Made by a program: the position numbers and the translations under genes. From Alphaproteobacteria bacterium (lineage in GTDB: Bacteria; Pseudomonadota; Alphaproteobacteria; MPNO01; UBA830), in assembly GCA_964291215.2 (NCBI GenBank), contig OZ219790.1:2208001-2272000 (forward strand): a stretch of 64,000 bases of DNA. The letters are read 5' to 3'. Below, in pieces: positions 11,110 through 25,225 of the stretch. The notes under the pieces were generated by a model. It was not told the origin of the DNA, made no database searches, and worked only from the letters and a program-made list of their open reading frames with translations. Numbering within the stretch: position 1 is the stretch's first letter; every line of letters begins with the position of its first letter.

Positions 11110-11883
11110 TCAGAGGAAGCGGCGCACCGGCCGGGTGTTCAGAGGCTGGACCGGCCGGGCGTTCGACGGATAGATCCGGCCGAAGGCATCGATCTGGCTG
11201 CGCGAGACGGCGATCGGATCCATCATCACGACCCAGCTCACGATCTCGCTACAGGGCGGCGTGGTCAGCGAACCCTCATAGCGGAAATACGCCCGCCGCT
11301 CGGGAAGCAGTCCCGCCGGATCGACGAGGCTGGTGCCCGTCCGCCGGCCGCCCGGTGCCGGGAGATCCTCCCAGAGCGCGGCGACGACCGAGTTCGCGGC
11401 GCCCTCCGAGAGGAACGCGCCGACGACGCCAAGATCCCCCTCCGCCGCACGGTGCACGAAATGCACCTCCATCGCATGGCGGGATCCGCCGACGGTATGC
11501 TCGGCGGGATGATGGAAGTGGAACTGCGTGAGCTCGAACCGGCGGCCCTCGAGAACCATCGAACTGCCCGGCGCCGCGTTTGCCTGAATGGTGTGGCCGG
11601 TATTCACCACCTCAAGCGGGAAGGCTCGCCACGAGAGGTCCATCCTGCCCGGCACCATCGCCGCGCCCGGCGCTAGGTCGATGGGCGACTGCCGTTTTCC
11701 CGTCCCGCACGCCGCGAAGGACTGATCGAGCCGCTCCCAACGCCCAGGGCCCGTATCTCCCTCGTATGACCAGTCCACATCCGTCTCGGCGGCGGCAGAC
11801 GCTACCGCCGCGCAAGCCGGACACTCCATCAACCCGTTTGCCGCAAGAGCCTTCAACATCCACCACCTGTCGCTGAACACCAT
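11110..11883 (-). CDS. Alpha-class carbonic anhydrase
   Basis: WSYEG..GP..W, QSPID, NTGHTIQ, zinc ligands QFHFH and EVHFVH, YEGSLTTPPCSE. Confidence 0.93.
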   Translation of the reverse strand: MVFSDRWWMLKALAANGLMECPACAAVASAAAETDVDWSYEGDTGPGRWERLDQSFAACGTGKRQSPIDLAPGAAMVPGRMDLSWRAFPLEVVNTGHTIQANAAPGSSMVLEGRRFELTQFHFHHPAEHTVGGSRHAMEVHFVHRAAEGDLGVVGAFLSEGAANSVVAALWEDLPAPGGRRTGTSLVDPAGLLPERRAYFRYEGSLTTPPCSEIVSWVVMMDPIAVSRSQIDAFGRIYPSNARPVQPLNTRPVRRFL

Positions 11884-12543
11884 GGTTGCACCACTGTCAT
11901 CGTTTCCTCCAGATCATCCCCGAATTTGCCGTCGACGGCCAGTCAATGCAACCGCCCGCGTACAACTCCGCAAGGTATTCCCGCGCTAAATTCTGTTTGA
12001 TTTTTCGTAACTGCCCAGGTCTGATTTCGGCAAGTGCTCACAGGCGGTGGATTGATGGTTCCGGTGTGGCGGCGCCGAGGAGGGATTTCACAAGCGCAGT
12101 TTCGGGATCAGCTGGATGGAGTCGGGGTGGGCCAGCGTTTCGAGGACATTCAAGCCCCTTTCAAACAGTCATGCTTTACTCGTGCCTGCCCAAAAATGCA
12201 CGACCGCGCGATTCTATTGGCGAAATCGTGATATAGAGGGGACGAAGAATCCCGCTTTGGGGCGGGAATTGACCAATCAGACTAGGAATCCGCCGGATTT
12301 TCGGAAAACTTCGCAAGAATTGCCACGCGAAACGTTATCCGCCCGCAGCTGGAATTGGGCTAGGTTGCGCCGGATTCTCGGTTGGAAGGGCCCTGTGCCG
12401 CTAAGAATCGGCAGGAATCCCCCTGGAAACGGAGCACCCGGAGGCTCCGGGAGTGGATCAAACCCGAAATTTCGCCGGAGGGTCAGCCAAAACGGTCATT
12501 TCCACGCAGGCACTAACTCTCCGAAGCCGCGACGCGTACCTTG

Positions 12544-13200
12544 CTAAGCCGCGCTCTGGCCGAGGTCCGAATCAATGACCACAATGCGATCGTCCGGCCA
12601 GCCCGGTTCGCGGGCACGGTCCGCCAGCCGGTATTGACGCTCGCGAGATTCCCGGTTCTTCAGGACCTGGTTCTGCGTCGACTGACGTACATGGACCGCA
12701 GCCGAGCGCTCAAGGTGCCGGTTCGTGATCCGCGATGACCGGCTCATCGGACCTCCCCCCTCCGCTTCGCTTGTCCGACCATCAGCTCCGCCAGCTCCCG
12801 CACCAGCGCCTCCCGATCCGGTGGCGGAACCCGGAGCGATTTCTCCACACGTTCCTCCCACTCCAGAAGCGCCAGCAGCGACAGTTCCTGATCCCTGTCA
12901 ATCCGTCGCCTCCAGACGCCGCTCCAACTCATCGAGCAGAGTACGCAGCCTGATAAAGTCCGACAACTCGCCGAGCAGTTCCGGCCCAACCGAACTCCGC
13001 GCCTCAAGGCTCGTCCACATCGCAGGAATCCACATGCGGGTGCCGTCCGGCAGTTCAACATGCAGGTTCAGCCGGTGATGACTGCCGCCGCCCGCCGTCG
13101 CGCGATCACCTTGACCTCCTGGTCGTCGAACGGATGCCGGAAACGGCGCATGAACACCGGCCCAAAAGGCCGGGGATGCTGAAGTGGTGCAGTAGGAAGG
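12544..13200 (-). pseudogene. Remnant of a large serine recombinase element (recombinase N-terminus plus small upstream ORFs)
   Basis: HLERSAAVHVRQST..Q....ES..RQY..IDSDLGQS truncated; upstream RHPF...LPDGTRMWIPAMWT ORF. Confidence 0.75.
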
Positions 13201-13727
13201 CTCGTTTGAAAACATGAACCACCGCCAGAGAGATTGCGTCTTCGGCGAGGACGCCTGCCTGACCCGCCCCGCAAACTGCGCCAGCCTCGACAACATCGCG
13301 CTCGCGGCAGGACTTTCCCACGCTGCATTCGATCTTGCCGCCTGTTGATGGAGAGAGGTTGCACAGGCCTAACCTGGCCGCGAGGTCGTCCACGGGTCGC
13401 CGCAACTGGAAATCCGGCAATACGCGGAAACTTGTGCCCCGCTCAGCGGTCATTCGAAACGTCAACCACAGCGTGGGAAAGTCCTGCGCTCGCGGTGATC
13501 TTCGCCAACCGACGCGAGAGCCTCGCCGAAACACGGCGGCGGCTCGACCGCCGGGAAGCCGTCGCAGCCCTGAGCGCCAATGGTGTCCGGCCGATTCCCG
13601 GACGCCGTCCACATCCCGAAAACAACCCTCCCACGCGCCGGCAACGCCGCCGGCGACGACCGCGGACGGCCCCGAAGCCAGAAAACCCGGCACGCTGTGA
13701 AACCTCCGGACAGCAGAAGACAGCAAA
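13200..13727 (+). mobile_element. ISAs1-family 3' fragment interrupted by a MITE
   Basis: EN.NH..RDCVFGEDACLTR..N.ASLDNIALA|VIFANRR. Confidence 0.72.
13308..13486. mobile_element. 179-bp MITE
   Basis: Perfect 18-bp TIR CAGGACTTTCCCACGCTG / CAGCGTGGGAAAGTCCTG; 9-bp TSD CGCTCGCGG (13299-13307, 13487-13495). Confidence 0.88.
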
Positions 13728-14150
13728 ATTGAATGCAGCGTGGGTAAGGCCCTGCAGCGGGGATTCCAGGCGGTTGCAGCGACCGCGGGATAGCGGGCAC
13801 AACGATAACAATGACTTGCAAAGCGCAACCGCGGCCCCCGCGATCGCACCCCATGGTCCGCACCGAAAACGAACACAAATTTCTCTCCACAGGTTTAACC
13901 CTTTACCGTCCTGTCAAGCAGTTTTTTTGACCGACAACGAAAAAAATCTCCGAAAATTACGCTCTGGGCCGCTTGTTTCGGGCCGCGGGCACGGTTACAG
14001 TTTGCTACATACTCACCTACGGTCAATCAAATTCAATAAGGAGCCAAAAAGGCCATGTCAAAACAAATATAATGGAGGGTAAAATTTTTGCTATCAAGCA
14101 ATGATTCATATCAATATACAAGATGACGATGAGATGAAGAGACATTCCCA

Positions 14151-14615
14151 ATGAACGCCACAAGCCAGCCAAATCAGACCAACCCTGCCAGCCGCACCGC
14201 GGGTTACGCTGGCGAGATCAGTGTTGGCGAGTTGTGGGACGCTCTCGGATCGGCGCCGGACGCGACGCTTGTCGATGTGCGTACGCGGGCCGAATGGAAC
14301 TTCGTTGGCGTTCCCGAACTGTCGGAGCTCAACAAGGCGCCGGTCTTCGTCGAATGGCAGACCTATCCGGCAATGGACATCAACCCCGCCTTCGTCGAGA
14401 CGGTGGAGGCGGCAGTCACCGACCGCAACGCTCCCATCTTCCTGCTGTGCCGGTCAGGGGCGCGTTCGCGGGCAGCAGCGATCGCCCTTACCGAGGCCGG
14501 CTACAGCAACTGCTACAACGTGACCGAAGGTTTCGAGGGGCCGCCGGATGCGGAGAGGCACCGCGGCGGGACGACCGGATGGAAGGCGCAAGGCCTTCCC
14601 TGGGCACAGGCCTAG
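14151..14615 (+). CDS. Rhodanese-like domain protein
   Basis: LVDVRT.AEW..VG.P, LCRSG.RS, GFEG, GWK..GLPW. Confidence 0.92.
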   Translation: MNATSQPNQTNPASRTAGYAGEISVGELWDALGSAPDATLVDVRTRAEWNFVGVPELSELNKAPVFVEWQTYPAMDINPAFVETVEAAVTDRNAPIFLLCRSGARSRAAAIALTEAGYSNCYNVTEGFEGPPDAERHRGGTTGWKAQGLPWAQA

Positions 14616-14619
14616 TCGA

Positions 14620-16035
14620 ATGGCCGGACCGCGAACCGACGGCGATATTCACGCGAATTGGACCTCCGTTCGCGGCGTTCTGCGTTCAGAGCTTGGAGAG
14701 CCGAGCTACAACGCATGGATCAAGCCGCTGGTGCTGCTCGGCTGCGCGGGCGGTACCGTCAAGCTGGCGCTGCCGACGCGCTTCATGCGCAACTGGGTCA
14801 TCAGCCACTACGGCGAGCGCCTGCAGGAGCTTTGGACGGAAAACGGCCGCGGGGTCGCCGCGGTCGAGATCGTGGTCGTCGCCCAGTCGGTCAGCGCCGC
14901 CGGCACGGAGACGCGCGCCCTGCAGCCGGCCGGACCGCAGGCAAGAACGACCGACCGCGCCATCCGGGAAGAACCGTCCATGGAGACCCAGGGTGGCGAT
15001 GTAGGCAACTCGCCGCTGGACCAGAACTACACCTTCGAGAACTTCGTGGTCGGAGACTCGAACCGACTGGCGCACGCCGCCGCCTCGCGAGTGGCGGACT
15101 CGCCGACGCTGCTCACGAACTACAACCCGCTCTACCTCTACGGAAGCGTCGGCCTCGGCAAAACCCACCTGATGCATGGCATCGCATGGCGGATACGCAG
15201 GAACCAGCCGGACCGCAAGGTCGTCTATCTGTCGGCCGAACGCTTCATGAACACCTTTGTGCGAGCGCTTCAGGAACGCCGCATCATGGGATTCAAGGAC
15301 CGCTACCGGTCCATCGATGTCCTGATGATCGACGATTTCCAGTTCATCTGCGGCAAGGGGCGGACGGAAGAGGAGTTCTTTCACACGCTCGACGAGCTGA
15401 TGAACAGGAACCGTCAGATCGTCATTTCCGCCGACACCGCGCCGTCCGCGCTCCCCGATATCGGCGAGCGCCTCCGCTCGAGACTGGGATCCGGCCTCGT
15501 GGCGGACATTGGCGCGACCACGTACGAGCTCCGGCTCGATATCTTGCGCAGCGTCGACCGGACCCACGCTACCAAGGCACCCGAAACGGTTCTTGAGTTC
15601 CTCGCGCAGCGCATCGCCTCCAACGGGCGCACGATCAAGGGTGCGCTCAACCGCCTGGTCGCGCACGCCGAGTTGCTTGGCGGAGACATCACGATCGAGC
15701 GCAGCCAGGAGGTGCTGCACGACCTGATGAAGACCGGTGACCGCCGGATAACCATCGAGGAGATCCAGCGGCGAGTTGCAGAGCATTTCAACGTCACCAT
15801 CGCCGACCTGCATTCGGTGCGCCGGGCGCGCGTCGTCGTCAGGCCCCGGCAGATCGCGATGTATCTCGCGCGCCAGCTCACCGAGCGGTCGATGCCCGAA
15901 ATCGGGCGCCAGTTCGGCGGGCGCGACCACACCACCGTTCTGCACGCGGTCAGGAAGGTCGAGGAGCTGAAATCCAGGGAGTCCTCCGTCGCCACGGATG
16001 TCGACACCCTCCGCCATGTCCTGGAGAACCGATGA
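14620..16035 (+). CDS. dnaA: Chromosomal replication initiator DnaA
   Basis: YTFENFVVG, NPLYLYGSVGLGKTHL, IDDFQF, RPRQIAMYL, GGRDHTTVLHA; ATG at 14620. Confidence 0.97.
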   Translation: MAGPRTDGDIHANWTSVRGVLRSELGEPSYNAWIKPLVLLGCAGGTVKLALPTRFMRNWVISHYGERLQELWTENGRGVAAVEIVVVAQSVSAAGTETRALQPAGPQARTTDRAIREEPSMETQGGDVGNSPLDQNYTFENFVVGDSNRLAHAAASRVADSPTLLTNYNPLYLYGSVGLGKTHLMHGIAWRIRRNQPDRKVVYLSAERFMNTFVRALQERRIMGFKDRYRSIDVLMIDDFQFICGKGRTEEEFFHTLDELMNRNRQIVISADTAPSALPDIGERLRSRLGSGLVADIGATTYELRLDILRSVDRTHATKAPETVLEFLAQRIASNGRTIKGALNRLVAHAELLGGDITIERSQEVLHDLMKTGDRRITIEEIQRRVAEHFNVTIADLHSVRRARVVVRPRQIAMYLARQLTERSMPEIGRQFGGRDHTTVLHAVRKVEELKSRESSVATDVDTLRHVLENR

Positions 16036-16441
16036 ACGCGTCATGACCAGCCGGCGCTACGGGGCGCGAGGCGACCGATTCGGCCGCCCGCAACGCAGGA
16101 CGGCGCTGGCGTATCGGGTCTGTGACCGACAGCGGTAATCCGGTTTCGCGGTTTTCGTCTCCACTTGACCGCCATCTGCTTTCAGCATTGAAAATCAACA
16201 TGTTAGGGTACGCCAATGATGTCTTCGCTGCCATGGGCTGCGGGCAGGGCGGTGGTCGGGAGGCACCATGGCCGCTGGCACCGAAGCGCCGACAGCCGTG
16301 AACCTTGACTGAAAACGCATTCTGCACGACAATTCTGCAAACGTCGTGCCTGCATCCGGTGGCCCAACGAAGCGCCGGGTGCGCCGTCGCGCCGAGGCGT
16401 CGGCAGGGCCCTAAATTTTCCGCAAGAACCGGTCCGGATAC

Positions 16442-17560
16442 ATGCAACTCAACATCGAACGCGGCACCATCCTGAGAGCGTTGTCCCATACGCAGGGTGT
16501 CATTGAGCAGCGCAACACGATCCCCATCCTGTCGAACGTCCTGCTGCAAGCGACCGACGGCTCACTTCGCCTCACTGCTACCAGCATGGATCTGACCGTC
16601 GTCGAGGTCATCGAGGCGAATGTCGTCCAAGAGGGCGCAGTCACCGTGTCGGCGCAGATGCTGCATGATGTCGTCCGCAAGCTGCCCGAAGGATCGGAGG
16701 TCCACATCCAGTCGGACATCGAGACCGGCCGGCTCGCCATCAATTCCGGCCGCTCCAGGCTCCAGCTGACCACTCTGCCCGACTCGGACTTCCCTGCCGT
16801 CCAGGAAGACGACCTTCCCCACAGCTTCACGATTTCGGCGGATACGCTCCTGCGCCTGATCAACCGGACGCACTTCGCCATGTCGAACGAGGAGACGCGC
16901 TACTATCTCAACGGGCTGTATCTGCACGCCACGCCGTCCGAGGGTGCCGATGTACTGCGCGTCGTGGCCACCGACGGACACCGGCTCGCCCGGTTCGAGG
17001 TGCCGATTCCCGACGGCGCCGCCGGGATGCCGGGCGTCATCGTGCCGCGCAAGACCGTCACGCAGATCCGGAGACTGCTCGACGAGACGTCCGAGGATGT
17101 CGGGGTCGCGCTATCGGATACCAAGATCCGCTTCAGGTTCGAGAATATCGAACTCGTCTCCAAACTCATCGACGGCACCTTTCCCGACTACAACCGCGTC
17201 ATCCCGGTCAACAACGACAAGAGCCTCGAAGTCAGCAGGAAGGATTTCGTCAAGGCGGTGGATCTCGTCTCCACGATCTCGAACGAACAGAGCCGCGCCG
17301 TCAAGTTCGCCGTTGATTCCGGCATCCTGATGCTGACGGCGAACAACCCGGACAGCGGCAGCGGGCAGGAAGAACTCGATGTGCAGTATCAGCACGACCC
17401 CATCGAGATCGGCTTCAACTCGCGTTACCTCCTCGACATCACGCAACAGATGGATGGTGACGACACGAGGTTCCTGATCTCCGACGAGGCATCACCCACG
17501 ATCGTGCAGGATGTCAGCGATTCGAGCGCGCTCTACGTGCTGATGCCAATGCGCGTCTGA
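16442..17560 (+). CDS. dnaN: DNA polymerase III beta clamp
   Basis: RNTIPILSNV, ETRYYLNG, ATDGHRL, SKLIDGTFPDY, VLMPMRV. Confidence 0.98.
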   Translation: MQLNIERGTILRALSHTQGVIEQRNTIPILSNVLLQATDGSLRLTATSMDLTVVEVIEANVVQEGAVTVSAQMLHDVVRKLPEGSEVHIQSDIETGRLAINSGRSRLQLTTLPDSDFPAVQEDDLPHSFTISADTLLRLINRTHFAMSNEETRYYLNGLYLHATPSEGADVLRVVATDGHRLARFEVPIPDGAAGMPGVIVPRKTVTQIRRLLDETSEDVGVALSDTKIRFRFENIELVSKLIDGTFPDYNRVIPVNNDKSLEVSRKDFVKAVDLVSTISNEQSRAVKFAVDSGILMLTANNPDSGSGQEELDVQYQHDPIEIGFNSRYLLDITQQMDGDDTRFLISDEASPTIVQDVSDSSALYVLMPMRV

Positions 17561-17570
17561 GGATCGGGCC

Positions 17571-21217
<3,647 letters not shown>

Positions 21218-21252
21218 ACCGAAACCAAGAGCGCCTGTCCGGGAAAAAAGGC

Positions 21253-22481
21253 GGTACTGTAACTTGATGTCTGGAAATTTGTCTGAGGTTTGCGCTTTGA
21301 GGCGTTTCACTGGGGGGCTAGCCCCCCCCAGTGAAACGCGGCGCCATCGTACTATCCCATGGAGTTGGAAAACCTTCATGGAGGAAGCGAATGGACCTGC
21401 GACACACTACGACGATCGGGACTGTTTTGGAACATCTGATCGCAAACGGAGCAACGGATCTGGGGCGGGTCTTTGGCCAGCTCTTCGAGCTTGCGATGCA
21501 AATCGAGCGCGAGCAGTACTTGAAAGCGGGCCACCGGACACCGGAGCGACAGGGCCAACGGCTACAAGCGGATCGACACCCCCACTGTTACCGTTCAGGT
21601 GCCAAACGGTCACGGGGACGACCCGTCCCCAGTCGCTTGAACGCGGCCAGCGATCTTCTCGCGCCGTAGCCGAGATGTACATCAAGGGTGTTTCCACGCG
21701 GCAAGATGTAATGCGCGAGTTCGGGAGCCTGTCCTCTTCTCAGGTCAGCCGGACCACCAAGTTGCTCGATGAAGAACTCGCCGCGCAACCGGCCCCTGAT
21801 GAACTACCTGATCCTGGATGCGCGCTACGAAAAAGCCCGCCATGACGGCGTTGTGCGCGATGTTGCAGTGCTCTCGGCCATCGGAATAGGGGCTGCAGGC
21901 ACGTTCTGGGGCTCTCTGTGGCGCTCTCCGAGGCCGAGGTCCATTGGAGAGCCTTCCTGGAAAGCTTGCTAGCCCTGCATGGTACGACCTTCATCGTCTC
22001 GGATGCCGGGCTGAAAGCAGCACGACGCGCGGTGCTGGGCGCGGCGACGTGGCAGCGCTGCCAGTTCCACCTGGCGCAAAACGCCGTGCACCGAACAATG
22101 ACATCAGGAAACGTATTGGAAAACAGCTCGGAGCCATGCGTCCTCACTCCAAACCGCCGAGGCTGAACTGGGCGCCCTCGTGGCCAGCGACAAGCATCCA
22201 GGCTTCCTGGCTGGAAAAGAATGCGGGGCTCGCTGTCTTCACCTTGCCCGATGCTCACCGCAAACGTATGCGAACCTCGAACGGTATCGAGCGACCGATC
22301 CAGCAAGAGCTCAAGCGGCGCACCTCCAAAGTCAGGGTCTTTCCGAACCTCGCCTCGTTGGAGCGCCTCTCAACCGCGGTCCTCATCGACGAAAAATGGG
22401 AAACCGAAACCAAGATCAAATGGGAACAGCTCGATGACTGAGAGTTTCACGAAAATTTCCAGACATCAGGTTGCGTAATCG
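21253..22481 (+). mobile_element. IS256-family element, frameshifted
   Basis: IRL GGTACTGTAACTTGATGTCTGGAAATTT, IRR AAATTTCCAGACATCAGGTTGCGTAATC; AEMYIKGVSTR, LDARYEK, WQRCQFH, RTSNGIER. Confidence 0.9.
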
Positions 22482-23384
22482 GTCGGGCCGGCGGTACCAC
22501 CACGACTACACCGAAGCCGACCATGTCGAACTCCTTGAACTGGGTCTGCCGTGTCAGGTAATGGTCTCGGGCCGCCCCTCGGCGTTGTACGACGACCTGC
22601 TGCGGGACTGGGCCGCATCGCCGAGCTGCTGGAACGCCCGGCGCTGCATGTCGACGAAACCGGCTTCCGGGTCGACGGCAGGACCCGATCGCTCCATGTC
22701 GTCACCGACGGGACGTGCAAGTTCCTGCATCGCAAGCGCGGCAGGCAGGCGATCGAGGAGATCGGCATCAGCTACACCGGCACGCTGGACTGCCGGGCCG
22801 CATAGCTGGTCTGCGATCAATGCACCCACCAGCTGTGCGGGTCCCACCTGCTCAGGGAACTGACCTTCATCGTCGGCGCCAGTGGCTACCGCCGGGCACG
22901 CGTGATGAAGAAACTGCTGCCTGCCACAGGGTTGACAAGAGTGCATCCAGGACTCTGAACGAGGCCGACCGCCGCAGCGTCATCAAGCGCTACCGGACCA
23001 TCCTGACCCGGGGGCGAAGGAACTGCCTGAAATCCCGCCCCGACAGAAAGGAAAACGCGGACGGATTGCGAACGCGCACAACCTCCAGGAGCGTCTCGCA
23101 AGACATGAAGAGTTCGTCCTGCGCTTCATGAGCGACCCGGACGTCAGCTTCACCAACAACACCGGCGAGCAGAAAATCCGGATGGCAAAGGTCAAGGTGT
23201 CCGGATGCTTCCGAACCCGGCTCCACGCCGAGGCCTGGTGCCGAAGCTCAAGCTATCTCACCTCCATGGCCGCACTCGGCTACAGCCCGCTCGTCGCCAT
23301 CCGGGTCGCACTCGCCGGAAACGCCGCCGACATGATCAAGATGCACAACGCCAAACCCGCCTCTGCGGAGGGGCGAGGAGATAC
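22482..23384 (+). mobile_element. Divergent IS66-family remnant: methylase middle segment fused to TnpC C-terminal half
   Basis: RY..DY.EADH.ELL...LPC.VMVSG.PS.LYD, then LHVDETGFRV, HQLCGSHLLREL, FTNNTGE; IRR variant GGGGCGAGGAGATAC. Confidence 0.8.
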
Positions 23385-23650
23385 CCCGACGCCAGGAAAG
23401 ATCCGGCGTGCCGGGCGCGGTGCCTGACCGCAATGAGCCGCGTCGGGATTCTCGTGACCTCCCGGAAACCGCGCTCCGAGCGGGTCCCGCTTCCGGACGG
23501 TACGACGCATGGTGTGCCGGCACAGCGCGAGAAGGAAACAGACCTTCGGATTGGTCTCGACATGGTGCGAATCGCGCGCAACGGCGCTCTCGATGTGGCC
23601 GTGACATTCAGCCAGAATCAGGATTTGGCGGAGGCCGCCCAGGAAGTTCA
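23385..23650 (+). pseudogene. NYN (PIN-like) domain fragment
   Basis: REKETDLRIGLDMVR..LDVAV.FSQNQDL resembles the NYN EKGxD..L.D..S.D.D pattern. Confidence 0.6.
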
Positions 23651-23744
23651 CACTAACCGAATCGATCTGCAGTGTCAGATCTCCACGAAAACCCGTTCGT
23701 TGCCTACCCCGACATCAAGCCGGAACCAGGGGGTGAGCAGTTAC
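23651..23744 (-). repeat. Isolated IS66 left end
   Basis: Reverse complement of about 6566-6660. Confidence 0.85.
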
Positions 23745-25097
23745 TCTCCATGAATGTTTACAACTCCATGGGATAGTACGATGGCGCCGCGTTTCACTGG
23801 GGGGGCTAGTAGTCTAACATTATTGGATTGATGAATATAGTGACTTCAGTTTCGTCCGGGCATCCTTCGTCGTGAAACGCCAGTCGACAGTGACATCGGC
23901 CGCATTGCGGCGCTCAACCCACGCCACGGTCTCCCGCAGCATGGTGTCGCGGTCGGAAATGCGTCGCCGAAGGCACTGCCGCGACAGCGCGCCGATCTCG
24001 ATTTCGGCCATGTTGAGCCAGCTTCCGTGCTTCGGCGTGTAGCGAAACTCGAACCGCTTTCGTACCCGCCTCTTCGGGCTCGAAGGCTTCATACAGTGAC
24101 TGTGCGTGTTCAGATTGTCCAGCACGATCTTCCTGTCGGGGAAATGGTCGTCGGCAAGCTCCCGGATGAAGTGCGCCCAGTCCCGCGGCGGTCGGTGACT
24201 TTCACCGTGCGCCAGTTCTCGTTGGGCGCAAAGGCCAGGAAGAGGTTGGCCGTGCCGTTGCGCTCATATTCATAGTCGACCACCTCCGGCTGACCGGGGG
24301 ATGCGGGTTTCCTGCTGCCGGCTGGTCTCCAGCACCTCGTCCCTGGCAAAGTCCCGCTGATAAATGTCAAGCACATCCGCCGCCACGAACTGTGCGCTCC
24401 GGTGCGGTGGAATGCACCAGTACTGCTTCAGCCACGGCTTGATCTCTTTTTTTTAGCGTCTTCCTGACCGTCTCTTCTGAAATGCGCTCGACAATCTCCA
24501 TCTCCACCAGACGGCCGGCAAGCAGCTTCAGCGTCCACAGCCCTCGGGCGGGGACGAACAGTGCGACCAGCTTCGCCTCCATCGCCCCCGTTTTGGCCGG
24601 CGGTTCACCTGCTCCTTGCGGCTGAGGGCGGCCCCTCCAGAACGCAGCGCTTGCGCAAACGCTCGACCGTCGCCGTGCCCAGCCCTTGCGCAATGTCGGC
24701 ATCGACAAGCCGAGCGCCCCCTCAACATCAGGATTTGTGCCCGGCGCCAGGCAGCCCCGGTGCCGTCGACAATTGCCTTCAGATCCTGGCGCTCCTGCGC
24801 TGAAAGGGTCACGCGGTAGAGCTTCCTGCCCCGAGAGTTGGCCATATGCGCCGCTTCTGTCATTGCGCCGAAGACCTGCGGGCATGCCCGTTGTCCGGAC
24901 CTGCGCATGGGGCTGCCTGCCTGTTCGGCATCTGCCCGTGTGGATATCGGTACTGTCCAGATTCCAACGAACGCCGACACGGAAATACTACCCACAAAAA
25001 AACCATCAATACAATGCCGGTGGACTACTAGCCCCCCCAGTGAAACGCCTCAAAGCGCAAACCTCAGACAAATTTCCAGACATCAAGTTACAGTACC
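23745..25097 (-). mobile_element. IS256 left end/leader only, split by IS630
   Basis: Reverse complement of 21253-21385 with IS630 inserted at the central CTAG. Confidence 0.85.
23806..25031 (-). mobile_element. IS630-family element, degenerate
   Basis: IRs TAGTAGTCTA / TGGACTACTA, TA duplication within CTAG, A-tract at the ORF A/B junction (ETVRKTLKK), YTPKHGSWLN. Confidence 0.9.
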
Positions 25098-25225
25098 AAG
25101 TGGGAAGTGGACCAAGTGGGACCAAGTGGGGGCGCATGATAGACACCACGAGAGCAGTAAACCGACATCGGTTTGCTGCCCTCGCACGCCTATCACCTAC
25201 GCCTCATCGCCAAGCGTAGCGTAAG

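Noticed and set aside
5260-14000. attL/attR-bounded integrative element at tRNA-Ser
   Set aside because: No duplicate of the tRNA 3' end and no intact integrase seen
13880-16441. oriC next to dnaA
   Set aside because: I found no cluster of TTATCCACA-type boxes upstream of dnaA or between dnaA and dnaN; alphaproteobacterial origins are often unlinked from dnaA
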